A stretch of 64,000 bases of DNA from NCBI GenBank assembly GCA_964276515.1, contig OZ193909.1, forward strand, positions 18,290,001 through 18,354,000, in the 5' to 3' direction. The stretch is from Gordius albopunctatus (Eukaryota). The notes under the pieces are model-generated. The model saw only the letters and a program-made list of their open reading frames with translations, was not told the DNA's origin and searched no databases. The position numbers and the translations under genes were made by a program. Shown piece after piece: positions 34,445-49,004 of this stretch. The number at the start of each line of letters is the position of its first letter. Positions within the stretch are counted from its first letter, which is position 1.

Positions 34445-37400
34445 AGTATAATAGAGAAACCCATTGTATGCGATTAAATTGTCTAAATTTTATAGTACAA
34501 ATAGCGTGGCTCATGCTTAATATTATGATGATATAACCATTATATGCTTAAACTTATATTCCTATGAATTTCTTATAAATTTAAAGAAAATCTACAATTA
34601 TATTTATAAAATTGTTGTCTAGATTCTTGTTAAGAGCATTTTAACTTTACATGAAATAGTGATCCCTGAAATAATAATATTTTTTTTTTGTAAAACTCAT
34701 GGTTTATTATTGCCGAAAATATTTGAAAGTGTTCGATCGCAAAATATAACATATCGTCAAAACTAGCCTAAAATAGTTTGTCGATATATTAAAATATTCA
34801 CAAAAATTATAAATTTATATTTTACATGCAAATATTAGATTTAATGTTTAATTAATCGCAAGGAATTTTAACAAGAATTAGGTTAAATTAAATTAAAAAA
34901 AAGATCAAAAATTGTTGTTAAGATGTATTATTGCAAACTATTTTAAATTTTGTAAAACTTTTTAACTCTGCTATACAAACAACATCACATGGTGTTTATT
35001 TTAAAACTCATTGATAATTAAAGTCGGTGCAAAATATATGACCGGAAAAAGATTAATTTCATTTTAGCTTTTTTAATTTTTGTGTTAATATTTAAAAATA
35101 TAAATAAATTTTTTAAATTAACCATTTCCCTATAAAAATTAAAATAAAATATTAAGATCTTACATTGGTAGAATGCAAATGATAGGGATTATTTCCTTAG
35201 GAAAATTTTGATGGATATTAAAAAAACGAGATATAGAAAATTGGTATTAAAAAAAGTGAAAAATTTTCCTTCAGGTATCAGTAGAAAATTTATTTAGTAT
35301 ACAAAAAATTTTAGGACACATTAGTAATTATTGATATTATTTTTTATAAAATTAGAAAATAATTAATAACACACGCTTTTACAAATACGTATGTCATAAT
35401 TTTATGCCCCGCGGCTAAATCTAATATCAATAACTCTGTACGTGGAAATCATAATAAAATTATTATTGGAATCAAACTTAAACAATAACAGACACGAAGC
35501 TTTTCTTCGAATTAAAAAATCACGAATTCAAAACAATAATTAGAATTGTTGATTAAAAAACTGATTCTGGTCAGAAAGTAACATTGAATCAACAAATTAA
35601 AAAACGTAATGATGGGGGGGGGGCGATATGCTTGAAGTGTTTGCTAAATCTCATCATATTTAACCCTCTAATCGTTTTGGGGTATAATTAATTGATAACT
35701 AATAAGCAATTTATACAATTTGATTAATTACTGATGTATTCGATAACTTTAAAGCGGAGTGTGGGATGTGGGAACAAAATATAATATGAACTTCTCGATG
35801 TTTTGCTCTAAACCCTTATGAGCCTCCCCCTACCTGACCCCCTTTGGTTCCCAGGGCAATTTAATGTTTTTAGATTGGAAGTTTATAGATTCTATAAAAA
35901 CAACTCGGGCATTCGGCCCTCGTGGGAATGGGAGTAGGGGAAGAGAAGGGGGGAAGGGAAGGGGGAACTCATCTATACTCAGTATAAAAGTAGCATATTT
36001 GCTATGCAATTTATGGGCGAGAAAGATGGGAAGGGCGAGAATGCCTATAGGAGGATGGGGGGGGGTATTAAATGCAAAATAATTGGACTGACGGGCATAG
36101 GGTAAATATCAATGGTAACCAATTTTAAAAAAACGAAAAAAAAATTTCGAATCACAAATTTGGCCAACGGTCATTTTTTTCAAATAGATAATAATATAAT
36201 AACATCTTCAAGATTTGCCATAGATTCTTTCCAAAGTTTAACGTTCAAAACATCTTTGTTTATGACATTTTGAACCAAGGGTAGCAATTTAAACCTGGGC
36301 TTCACGAACGGAACAAATTTTTTTGGGAGTCTCATCGCCTTTATCTTTGTTAATAAGTAAAAAAAATTCGTCCCTTATTTTTGAAAAACCTCACCCAAAA
36401 TGGTGATCTAATTGACTTAATAAATATGCACTATGGAAGAAGGAATAATGAGAAACTTAAAGAATTATTTCTTCATAAGTTTAACGTTTAATTATATAAC
36501 AAAATGAAAAGGGATTAAATGTTAATATACGCAATAAACATGGCACCGGCAATTTGCGACCCGATGTTATTTTTAAGCATTAATATAGTGAATTAATATC
36601 ATTTCTCAAATCTATAAGGAAAAATATAATATTAATCAAATGAAACGTTTAAATGTATATATCGCTCGCACCCAGCAAATAAGCTTGGTTTGGCGCAAAT
36701 ATTACTTGTATATTTATTAAGCCCTAATCATGCTTTCAAGCATGTAATGGCTGCAATATATATTTATTTTAACAACCATATTTTTTAGCTAGCAAAATTA
36801 TTTATAATATTTAGAGGTAAATGTAATTAAATAATTCAACATGAATTCAACATAAATATTTGGTCGGATTAGTTATGTAACAGATGTTTGTTAAATACGA
36901 TTGCCGTCCTTGACTCATAAAAAACCCCGAGCCTTGCCGACAGCTTGTATATGGTCAGGCGGGCACCTCAAGAGTATTCGGACTTAATAAACTTTTCTTT
37001 AATTTTTATTTACTTTATTTTGGCGTAATATTTGTTTTGGCTTTGATATTTAAGGGGAAAAAATATAGAGAATTTATTTAGTCGCTATTTGTGAATTTAC
37101 AGTAAAAACTAAGCTTAAGCCAGAAGTGCTAAAGGATAGCGTAAAAGGATTATCTTTCTAGAAAATTCGAAATCTTAAATAAGTTTAAATTACAAATTAT
37201 TTTATTGAAATCAAATTAATAATTACCTTTTGTGAATTTAAAATGATGCGCGCTGTATTCATTGTTAATGACTAAGTTTGTAGATGGTGTATTGGAAATA
37301 TAGAAATGAGTATTTAAAAATTTACAAAGTCATCCTCTCTATACGATTTATCCGTTTCCCTCTGAAAACCCATTAAATTCCAAGGTTGAGTAATTAAAGT

Positions 37401-37639
37401 AAGATTAAGTTATTGGGGGAAGGGGGTACTCGAGAGTTTTTTCGATCTATTTTTATTTCAGTGTAGCTATTGGGGAAAGCGGGTTCTCGAGAGTATGTTT
37501 TTGGGGGGCATTAATTAGGGTTAACAAATAACCTACCAAAATTAATTTAGCGATAACAAATATTATTTTTTTAATTTGAAAAGGTGCCTAACATTGAGAA
37601 ATATGTATTTATTAAATTACTATTAAATAAAAAATAGGT

Positions 37640-38050
37640 AAAATAGCTGATATAAGATGGTACTCGGACTATGATATTTGCTTGAGCAGCGAGAAAGGTG
37701 TCATTCCAAATAGTTAAAGATTTTTTAAAGGGAACTTCCCATTTGACGTTAAAGTAAAAAACGTTTAGTAATAGCATCCTGTTTAAACTATTAGGTACGG
37801 GTGCAGATAAAACACGGTCAATTAAGCTGTTTGGTCAAGAACCCATGTATTTATGATATTTCTAGCTGTCTCTACATTTTCCTCTTCGAAATTGAGGGAT
37901 TCAGTTTGTGCAGCATAATACTTCTCTAAATCTTTAACGAATTTTGGGTGAACCGCAAATTTTTTGTCTAAAAACATTTTGGTGACCCAAGCAATTGTAG
38001 TAGATTCTTCGTAATCTTTCAAATCCTTAAAATCTTGATGCATCTCTGGG
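37640..38050 (-). pseudogene. Serpin (serine protease inhibitor) gene fragment, disrupted
   Basis: KFVKDLEKYYAAQTESLNF..ARNIINTWVLDQT then MLLLNVFYFNVKWEVPF (serpin INxWV and N.IYFKG.W..PF motifs); stop/frameshift at ~37822. A possible further exon at ~36190-36407. Confidence 0.82.
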
Positions 38051-38095
38051 GGGGGGGAATGTCGACGTTTTAGATCATTACAACGGTCTTTAAAT

Positions 38096-38415
38096 ACATA
38101 CGAGTCAAAAAAAACGAAAATTGGCCAATGGTCATTTTTTTCCATTTGTCAGTACCCAGAGATGGTCTATAAATACATACGAGTAAAAAAAAAGAAAAAT
38201 AAATTTCGATTTACATTTTGGCCAATGGTCATTTTTTCCATTGGTTAGTACCAACAGATACTCTATAAGTCAATGATAGTCAAAAAAAACGGAAAAAAAT
38301 TTCGATTCACAATTTGGCCAATGGTCATTTTTACCATCGGTCAGCAGCCAGCGGACGGCCAAAAAGTCATAATAGCAATGGTAGTAACAGGAAAAATCAT
38401 AAAAATTGCATAGCA

Positions 38416-38446
<31 letters not shown>

Positions 38447-39030
38447 CCAATTCAAAAACGAAAAAAAAATTTCGAACAAAATTTGGCCAATGGTCATTTT
38501 TTCAATGGTCAGTAGCCAGAACACGGTCAAAAAGTCATATTATCAATGGTATTAACAAGAACAATATATTAATTTAATTAAAAAAATATAAAATTTTGTC
38601 CTCTCCGGGTCTCGAACCAGTAATTTAGAACGTTCGCTGGGATTCAAACCCACATTAAATAGAGGCATAAGCCTTTGAGGGGGAACAGGGAACCATATCA
38701 ATATAGGCATATGTCCTTGTAGGGGAGGGCATAGGGTAATTATCAATGTTAAACTATTCAAAAACGAAAAATTAAAATTTCGATTTATTTGGCCAGTGGT
38801 CATTTTTCTCATTGGTCAGTAGCCTGCGGACGGTCAAAAAGTCATATTATTAATGGTATTAACAAGAACAAAATATTAATTTAATTTAAAAAAAAATAAA
38901 AAAATTTTGTCCTCTCAGGGTCTCGATCCATAACCTTGCAAGTCGGGAAGCTGGTGTAAATAACTTGGTGGACGACGGACGGACGGACAACAAAAAACGA
39001 GCCCATAAATTGCATATCAATTAAAATTGG
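38096..39030. repeat. Complex repeat with degenerate ~60-150 bp tandem units
   Basis: Recurrent AAAACGAAAA..TTTCGA..TTTGGCCAATGGTCATTTTT units; related copies at 36093-36185 and 925-1230; (GACG)n near the end. Confidence 0.85.
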
Positions 39031-41279
39031 AATTAGGATATAGAATATAAATGGCATATAGTTTTATGAAAAGACCTGGATTTGTATTATGAACTTATAG
39101 TGTTAGTCGAGTAAACATAAAAAGCCAAAGGGAAAAACAGCTGATTAAAAAATATAATACTTTTTTGTTAAAAATTCGGATTGACATTAATTTTCAAATA
39201 AATAAAAACAAAAAAGGGTTTTTTCAAATTGAACGAACGTTAAATTCGAACGCGTTCATCAAAAAAAGGAACGCGTTCACGTTCAAAGTTCACCAAAAAA
39301 TAAAAGAACGCGTTCATTTACAGCACTAGTTTTTACTATATCATGTTAAAAGCCAAGCACGGCTAAAAATAATAATGGTATTATCGGCGAAAAAACTCAT
39401 GAGGTATTAACCTACAAAATTAACCCTGTTTGCTAAACTTTTTCCTAAATTACCATTCACACGCTATTAAGTACGCTAAAATTGTCTTTTCTTTTTTTAA
39501 TAGTTTCTCGAAATTATGTATCTAGTAGGTATAATGACTAATTTTATCTTTTTATAGCTATTTCAAGAATATAAACTCCGAGTCGAGTAAGTTGCTTTAT
39601 AAAGATGATTCTATAAATTTGTTCAGGACTCTTGGAAAGAAGAGTTGTAAAAATAGTGAGAGCCCGAGGTAAAACAAATATAATTTTAGTCACGAGGAGC
39701 CGTTGTGATTTATTAGGACTTTGCAATTACATAGACATGTGATGTGTTATTGTCAAACAAGGCTAGACATTAGGATAAAGTCGACAGTTGAATTTAGAGA
39801 ATAACACGCCGCGGGCTATTGATCATAAAATCTCTAGCCATATATCACTATGTAGCCCCTGTGAATCATGATGATATACTTTGATTTTAATCATAAAAGT
39901 AGCAAAACTTATTGTAAAAATGGGTAAAAAGAAAATAAAATTTTAAATTTTTAGTTTAATTTTGGTAAGATTTTTGATTTATTAAAATATCTAAAACAAA
40001 TTTTATTTCGCCTGAGAGCTATGTATTTAATAATTATTTATCGATATGTGTGATTCATTAACTATTTTGAATTTATTTAGCCCTTAGGTTTATTTATTTA
40101 AAGTATGTAAATTTTAGCCCTGCTTTAAATATTTTCTATCTACCTTATTTGTCGTTTTAAATAATAACATTTATCAGATTTTATGTCTTTAAAAGCGAAA
40201 TTTCATTTTAAATAGCTTATGTTTTCAGTAAATTTTACTCAAACTATTATGTTTTACCTTTAAATACTTAATTATGGCTTATAATAAAGAAGATTGAAAG
40301 TAAAATTATTACTTTAACTAAGATGCAATAAATTTGACAAAGGTAGAAGCCACCTAACATTAAATTTTATTATCATAAAAAATTAAATCGCGTTTAAAAA
40401 AAACTGAAAATTATTTTTCCAAATATATTGTTGGAATATATTTTTAAGGTCTATTATTACGATAGGAAAGAAATTTGGAGGGAAATAAGTAATAGTTTTC
40501 TCACAAATTAAGTTTAAAAAAAACAAAAATCCAAAAAATTTCAAAAATGCCCGGGGCTAGTCATAGCCGATAGATCAACTCCGATATTTTCACTTCTTAT
40601 TAGTGTATGCTAACTCAAATCAATAAAAAGATTGTTTCATTATAAAAAATGTGGAAAATTCAAATGTAATATGACTGTATTTTATATAAAACAAATAAAA
40701 AAGGGTCAAGATGACAATCTGACTTAAGTACACTTAAATGACGGATTTAGCAACGGAAAAAAACTTTTAGTCGTTTTATAATGTACTAGCTGTGCCCGGC
40801 CAAGCGTTGCTTTGGCTCAGTCCTTAAGTGGTTAAATAAGTATAAACTATTAATAAGACTTATCTAAAATGCGGTCATATATGAAATAATGTGAAAGGTC
40901 CGAATGCTAATTAATGCAAATAAATATCCATAATATTTATTTAAGAGCGATATAAAATATTTATTAATATGATTTCACAGGGATATAAGAATTGCTAAGG
41001 ATTGTTGGCAGTGAAGCTCTAAAAACAATTATAAAAATTCTAATTATGAATTTCTATTGTTATTACTTGTTAGTAAAAAATTTGAGAATGTTTTTTGATG
41101 ATTATAACCAATCTTCACAGGGATAAAAATTTAAGTTATAAGAATTGATAAGGATTGTTGTCAATAAAGCTCTAAAGACACAAATGTAATTTTCAAATTT
41201 GCATTAGTAAGGATTGTTGGCAGTGAAGCTCTAAAGACATTATAAAATTAAGAATTTAAAATTTGAAAATGGTATATAA

Positions 41280-42348
41280 TAGTGCTGTAAATAAACACGT
41301 TCAAATTTTATGAACGCGTTCATGAACGGCGTTCTTTTATTTTTTGGTGAACTTTGAATGTGAACGCGTTCCTTTTTTTGATGAACGCGTTCGAATTTAA
41401 CGTTCGTTCAATTTTGTAAACCCTTTTTTGTTTTTATTTATTTGAAAATTAATGTCAATCCGAATTTTTAACAAAAAAGTATTATATTTTTTAATAAGTT
41501 GTTTTTCCTGTTTCCTATTACCAATGCCGAAATGCTTTTAACATAATATAACGTGCAAAAGAAGATAAGATTAAAGTTAATTAGTTTGATATTATTAATT
41601 ATAGTTTAATTTATAGGTTAATATGGACAATCATAATATTATATCGTCGTCATCTTCAGATTCTGAATATTCAAAATCAGTAAATGAATTGAAATTGCCA
41701 TGGCCAAAATATGAAAAATATTTTTCACTCGTTTCATATAAAAGATCAAATTCAATAATTAAAATGAACCTATAAAGAATAAACTTTTAGTGTTATTGAA
41801 AAAAGGGATTGAAACCCCTAGAATTGATAATGAAAGAGCTGTCAATTCCGAGATATCATTTTTTGGCGAGGAAGTAGAGGGCGCATTGGAGGATGATATC
41901 TTGTCGCAATTTTTTGAAGCGAGGGACAAAACATTAAAATTTTTAAATAAATTTCCTCCTTTAAAAAATTTGTTTATTAAGTATAATACTCCAATCCCCT
42001 CATCTGCCCCTGTGGAGCAGGTTTTTAGTATAGATAATGCTGTATTAACTGCCAAGCGTTCCTGCTTATCAGAAGAAAATTTTTAAAAACAATTATTATT
42101 AAAAATAAATAAGAAAATAGATTATATTAATTTATAATTATATTGTCGAAATAAAACTATTATTTTTATCATGGCTATTTATTGTATTAAAAATATAAGA
42201 CATTTATTTATATTAAATTAAACTTTAAAATTTGAACGAACGTGAACGCGTTCCTTTTCTTTTTAAACGAACGTGAACGCGTTCGATTTTTGTCAATGAA
42301 CGTTGAACGCGAACGCGTTCGATTTTTTTACAAATGTTTACAGCACTA
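41280..42348 (+). mobile_element. hAT remnant, duplicate of 3479-4547
   Basis: Same TIRs and ORF (41790-42086). Confidence 0.88.
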
Positions 42349-43161
42349 TAAAAATTTAATCACTAGACGGTTTTTATATAAAAAATCTCTCTTTATAAGA
42401 TAAAAGTTAAATTAATCCAAAATATACAACCAAAAAAATTTTATGTGCAAAATAAAAATTTTTGTCAAGGCTACTAGCCCCCAAAAATCGTTTTTTCTCA
42501 ATAAATGCTCATACCTCATGGAAAAATACACATTTATTTAAATTTTGATTTATTACCATTATTATTTTAAAAATAATTAGTAAGATAATAGTAACCCCGA
42601 GCTACGACTAGCCCCGATCTCCCATACTAATAATGCTCTTTATTTTCGGTAAAATGACAAAAGAACTACAATATAAATGTCTAGCAACTTATGTCTTAAA
42701 TGCAGTTTATAATTGTCAGTTTTCATATTCAAATAATTCGCTGAGCTGATATGATATTAACTCTTATTATAATTTTTTAAGAGTCGGAATGTTGTAAAAA
42801 TATGATAAGTTATAATTTAACCTACAACGGTGGCAGGCCTGTGTGCAAAATGTGGAAGGTTGGCATCAGGTCGGAAACTGGTTTTAAAAACCCTCTGAAA
42901 ACTTTATAACAGAAAGCTAGGGCGTCCTCCACAACTGATGCGTACTGCATCCCCCACCCGTACAATGTGAAAAATAGTATATGGTACTGACAAACTCCGC
43001 GTTCGTGATGACGCGCAAAGCAAAAAAAAGCGAAGCGAATTTTGTTTCGCGAAATTATTTAAGCAATTCGCAGGCGATCGTTGTTCATGATGCGTGCGAT
43101 TTAATTCGCTTATGACATGGTTTCACCTAACGTTAAAATTAAAATACTTATATTTATAATA

Positions 43162-43463
43162 GGGTAATAGAAAAATTAGTGAACGATCCAGTGAAATTCT
43201 TCAATTATTTTAGGATGAGCAAGGTAAAATTATGAATTAATTAGTTTTTAGGAAATATTTTATTATATATTAGAAAAAATAACTACCAACATAAAATCAC
43301 AGAGAATAAACTATGCATATTCCATTTCACATGAAGAAAAATTAATGATAACTATCAGGTAAGCATTATCAATTTTTAACACATCTTAATTTAGATATTT
43401 GGCTTGTGGAAATTCTTATACATCAATAAGCTATTCACATGAGATAGGAATATCAACTATACA
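43162..43463 (+). pseudogene. Harbinger transposase fragment, duplicate of 5361-5662
   Basis: Same sequence at offset 37801. Confidence 0.75.
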
Positions 43464-43522
43464 TTAGTGATGTTAATCTGCTCGAATTAGTTCTGCTTGT
43501 ATAGTGCTAAAGCACATACATC

Positions 43523-44937
43523 CAGTGGCGTATACAAGGGGGTGGATATGCGGATAAAACCACCTCCGCGGATTTCAAAAAAAAATTTTTTTTTCTAATA
43601 TCGCATTATATAATAAAGATTATGAAATGAGTTTTAATTAACTATGAGGAGCACTTATTTTCAACAACCATTGATCGTTAAAAAGGTCAATGATTTTTTA
43701 TCAACGCCTAAAAGGCAATATTTGTTTGATTCAATTGTTAAGTCTTCAGATTCCAAAAATTTGAAATTAAAAACCCTCTGTGAAACAAGATGGGTTCAAA
43801 AGCATCAAGCAATAAACCGTTTTTTTTGAATTAAGAGATTCAATTATCACAAGCCTTGAGCAGATTAGTGAATGGGCAGACAATGATTCCTCTTAGGGTG
43901 CTATGCTATTAGTATCAGCACTTAAAACTGGCCATTTTTGGTTATCATTACATACATTAAAGCAAGTCTTTGCTTATACTGTAAATCTTAGCATTCATTT
44001 GCTAAGCGTTAACCTGGACTTATCACAGGCAATAAATACGGCCGAAAGCGTTGTGGAAGCTATTAAATTAATTAGAAATATTTCTCAGGTAGAATTTTCC
44101 AGGATATTTGAAGATGTCACATTGATGGAAAAACAATATGGCTTTGAGATTTCGATTCCCAGAGGAAATGCCCAACAAACCCCGGAGACTTATTATAGAA
44201 TAACGCTGTATAATGCATTCTTAGACACATTTTTGGTAGAAATGGACACAAGGTTTCTTCAGAATAAACAAAATTTTATAGGGTTTCATGCTTTACTACT
44301 ACAACCACCTGTAAAGCTATCTGAAGCTAAACTGGCAAACCTTTTGAATTTAACTCATTTTTATGGGGATGATTTGAATGGAAATCAAGAACTATACGAA
44401 GCTGAAATCAAACTCTGGTATCAATCATTCAAAGATTGTAACCCTGAAGCCCTCCCTTCCAATGCACTAAATGCATTGTCCGATCATAGTCCCAAACTTT
44501 TCTTATATCCAAATATAAGAACGTTATACCAGATTTTAGCAACACTGCCAGTAACAACCTGTTCTAATGAAAGAAGTTTTTTAACGCTCAGAAGACTCAA
44601 AACCTACTTGAGGAATACAACTGGTCAAGAGAGGTAAATACATTTTATTAAAAATTCTTAATTTTGTATAGGCTCATAGGTTTGACCTTGTTAAATATTC
44701 ATAGAGATTCAGTTCCAGACACTCAAGATATAATCAATGAATTTTTATATAAATCGCACAGATAATTTTTTCCCATACTATTTCATCAAATTATATGATA
44801 TGACGTTTATAATAAATATCTTTTATGAATGGGTTTGTATTTAAATAAATTGTAAAATTGAGATGATTTTTATTTAAACTCCCCCCCCCAAGAAAAATTA
44901 AAACCACCCCCAAAATAAAATCCTGCATACGCCACTG
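43523..44937 (+). mobile_element. hAT transposon, duplicate of 5722-7136
   Basis: Same TIR, TSD CATACATC and ORF 43903-44637. Confidence 0.95.
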
Positions 44938-45396
44938 CATACATCTTACCATAACCATCATAAGCATAACCCGCACAAGGCTGGTTAATAACCCGGTTAC
45001 TAGCATGGCAGATTAAAGTTGACATGGTTGCTTGGTTAAGAGAGATGTAAGTAACCACCGGGCATCGAGCAGATTGGATTGATATAAACCCTGGTATCGA
45101 CCAGGCTCATTTTGAACTAAACGTGGTTTTTGGCAAATTTAATTTCATATAATGCTAATCAATATTTTTCAATCATATAATATTAATCCTAAAAGGTGAT
45201 AAAAAAATTAAAATATATTATAAAGAACTTTGCCCCCTACCTTTATTTGTCCCGTTGTTTTGCCCGGGAAAAACCAGCCAGCCGTTTTTACAACACTAAT
45301 ACATACATACACACACACATACATACATACATACATACATACATACATACATACATACATACATACATACATACATACATACATACATACATACAT

Positions 45397-46532
45397 TAGA
45401 GGTCTGCATGGGCCGAAATTTCAGGGTCAGGCCCGGCCCATACCCGCACAAATATATTTTTTTTACCCATACCCGCCCCGCAAAATAACAACAAAAAATG
45501 CGCCGCATCAGGCCCGCACGAGAAAAAAGCTTCAGTGTTTTCAAAAAAATTTATTTCTATAGAAACAATTTTGCATGTATAAAAAAATTGTTATAGCATA
45601 TAAAAACGGTATTAATAAAAAAAATTTTAATTTAATATTGTCATTTAAAAATAATAAAGTGTCTATTCTATCAGGTAGTAGTCTTGTTATTCTTTGTTCT
45701 ATTAGGCGACTTGCCTTACTAAACGTGCGTTCACTTGTAGTGCTTGCGGCTGGAATTGCCAAAAACTGTACAGCTAACTTTGTCAAATTAGGTAAGATAA
45801 GGTCGTGTTCTCTCCACCATGAAATAATATCAAGCTCATCATCTTCCGGTTTAAGATTTAATTTAACATAAGTATCAACTTCATTGTTCTCCTCAATCTG
45901 CTCTCTTTCATCGTCCTCCTAAACGGAGATATCCATATCGACTTCACCAATAGCTAATTGCCTACATACCTGAGTTGAATTGCTCATAGATGGACGACTG
46001 ATGCATGAAGAGCTAGGATCTTCTTGCATTAATTTATTTAAAGTTTGTGTTACCATGGTTTTAACAAGAATAGCAATGTTGATATTATAAGTTTGTAATA
46101 AGTAGGAGAAGTGTAGCTAAAACTAATTAATTATAAAATAAAATTTTTTAATGAATTACCTTCAAGCTCAAAACAACGTCAATGAGATCTTGGAACAAAT
46201 ATTAAGCAATCTAAGAATTTGAAAAGCGAGGGAAAAAATAAAGAATGAAGTTAAAAACAAACACTACCTTCTATCCATTCAATTAATTTACTTAATTAGC
46301 GAAAAATATAATATTAAATTTTCTCTCAAAATAATACTGTTTAAATAGCAAATTTTTGTTAGAAAAAATAAATTTTTTATCATCAAGATAATAAATGCAT
46401 TTTTTGTGTCAATACTATAATGATAGTATAGAGTTTAATATATTTAAATTTTTTCACTTATCAAAGACTTTTTTAGTGCTTATTTTCAGGTCCGGCCCAG
46501 CCGCGGACCGGCCAGGCCCCTGCAGACCTCTA
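45397..46532 (-). mobile_element. hAT transposon, duplicate of 7560-8726 with 31-bp subterminal deletion
   Basis: Same TIR and TSD; preceded by a longer (CATA)n tract at 45300-45396. Confidence 0.93.
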
Positions 46533-46846
46533 ACATACATAGACTTTACTTTATATATATAGATAAGCTATACAAATTATGTCTATTAGGATTATATTAC
46601 AAATTTGAAATTTGCGCGAAGCGGATAATTAGGTGCGTAAGTAATTACTATCAAAAGTTTCAAAATCATATTAATTTGCATTAAATACCCTAAATTTAAA
46701 TCTCATAAAATAAAAATTCTTAATTATCTAAATTAAGACTTATTAGATAAAATTTAAAGTCGAGATCTCGCCGATAAAATCTCGTCTCGTCTCGTTTCGA
46801 GGTCAGAGACGAGACCGAGATTTTTCTCGGTTTTTCCGCATCACTA

Positions 46847-47883
46847 ACCACCGTGCTTTTTTCTCCTTAAAAACTTTCTCTTAATACCCAAAAGCGCTTC
46901 GCCCGTCTTCCTAAGTGTTAACCTACTCCACGCGATCGAAAAAAAATCCAATTGTTAATCGAAAGGTGCCTAAACCTTAAATTTAGCCCTCTCCAATGGC
47001 TCCAAGCCACCCTCCCCTCCATGAATGATGGTATAGGCATCCGACCCCCCCCCATTTACTTTCACTTGAAGTTTTCATCTCATCTCGTTTATCAACGGAT
47101 GAGTTAGTCAAACAAATTACTCACACCCAAGACCCGCACCTCGACAGCGCCCTTATGGCATTGGAAGACCTCAAGCTTGATTCCGCAACTCACCCAACTA
47201 GAACCCTCCAAAATTAATGGTATTTACCACTGATAGCACGTTCAGTAGCTTACCTCACTTCGAACAACCTATCTTTATGAAATCTCCACTTCAATTGGGC
47301 ATCCTCCGGGGGTTACGAATGGCTCGAGGCATAACCAAGCCAAAACCTAGGGTTACACTTGTCGGGCGAGGAACTTCGAATAACTGTAGGCCTACGCCTA
47401 GGCTGCGACATTGTGTCCCCATTCAACTGCGACGTCTGTCGCCAACACGTTCTAGCAAACGGCCATCATCTTCTACACTGCCAATAAAGCAAGGAGCGGC
47501 ATCCCCGTCATGCCACAATAAATAAAATAATCGCACAATTTTTAAAGAAAGCCGGCTTTCCCAACTCAATGGAACACACTCGCCTAAGCTCCAATGACGG
47601 TAAAATACTCGACGGTGTAACGATCATCCCGTGGACTCGTGGCCTAAACCCCTGCTGGGACTTCACTACAGTGGATATATTTGCCAAATCTAACGCCTCT
47701 CCCGACCTTATCACTTCTACTGAGAGAAAGAAAGTGGAAAAATACAAATACCTCAGCAATATTATTTTTGTACCAGTAGTATCCACGACTCTCGGTAATT
47801 TAGGTCCCGAGAGCAGCCAATTCCTTAAACAAACATCAAAATTTATAACCTCCATCACACACGATCTCAAAATTTTTTTCTAG
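46847..47883 (+). mobile_element. CRE-clade fragment, duplicate of 9041-10076
   Basis: Identical ORF translations. Confidence 0.85.
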
Positions 47884-48667
47884 ATTGTAGGGGAGGGCAT
47901 ATGCTCCTGTTGAAAGGCTTTTCAGTTTATGAAAACTTATATTTGGGGATAAACGTTCTTCTTTATTAAATGATAATTTTGAAAATAATATTTTGTTGAA
48001 GTCCAATTCCCATCTACTTCCCCCTGATTTCTATTATCAATTGTAATTATATATATTGTTTGAAATGAAAAATAAATGTTTTACACATGTAGTTTATTTA
48101 GTTTTGTATAAAAAAAACTTTATTTGAAATTATTTATTAAATTAGATTTTATAATGGACTATTTTTAATTTAAAATAAATAAATAATAATAAGTTTAAAT
48201 AATTGGAAAAAAATATAAAAAAACAAATTTTGGATCAGATAAAACGTTTTTCAACTGGATTAATTTTCTACAATATTAAAAAAAATGAACTGAACTTGAA
48301 CTAGTTCATTTTGTAAAATTTGAACTAAGAACTGAACTAGTTCGTTTTTTTGGATAAACTTGAACTTTAACTTGAAAAAATATGAACTTGAACTAATTTA
48401 TTTTTTCAAATTGAACTATGAACTTGAACTAGTTCATATCTAAGATGAACTTTAACAGCTCTAGTTGTCAGTATCCGTTTCATTTTTCATGGCATAATTC
48501 ATCCTTGAATAATAAGTTTCTCGTCGCCAATGAAACGTGTAAACACAATTAGTTTATTAGATAAAGAATGAACGCGATTCCAGAATAATCGATAACATGT
48601 GGTTGTTGATAAAAAAACGAACGATGCTTACAATTGGATGTTACAAATATAAAATAGTACAATCATA

Positions 48668-49004
48668 ATAGGCTATGACTCTGTTTAATTTATAATGTTA
48701 CTTTAAGCATTAAATAAAAAAGATAAAACACGTTATTACAAATATAACAAAATAGAAATTACGAATTATTAATTTTGCACTATATTTTTGCATTCAATTG
48801 TTTATAAATCTATGTCTGTATAAATAGGATACACCGAATTTTGCGAACGTTAAAAAGCTGATTTATTAAAACACATTATTGAATAGTATGACTTACTTTA
48901 AAACGTGTCTCGCAAAAATCGTTATAGAAGCAATTATATAAATGCTTATAGACTTGAAGCTCCTCCCAAAGTGGATGCTACTTTGTATGAACACTATTAT
49001 AACT
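48668..49004 (+). pseudogene. Inverted ADAMTS-like fragment, duplicate of 10861-11197
   Basis: Same sequence at offset 37807. Confidence 0.9.
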
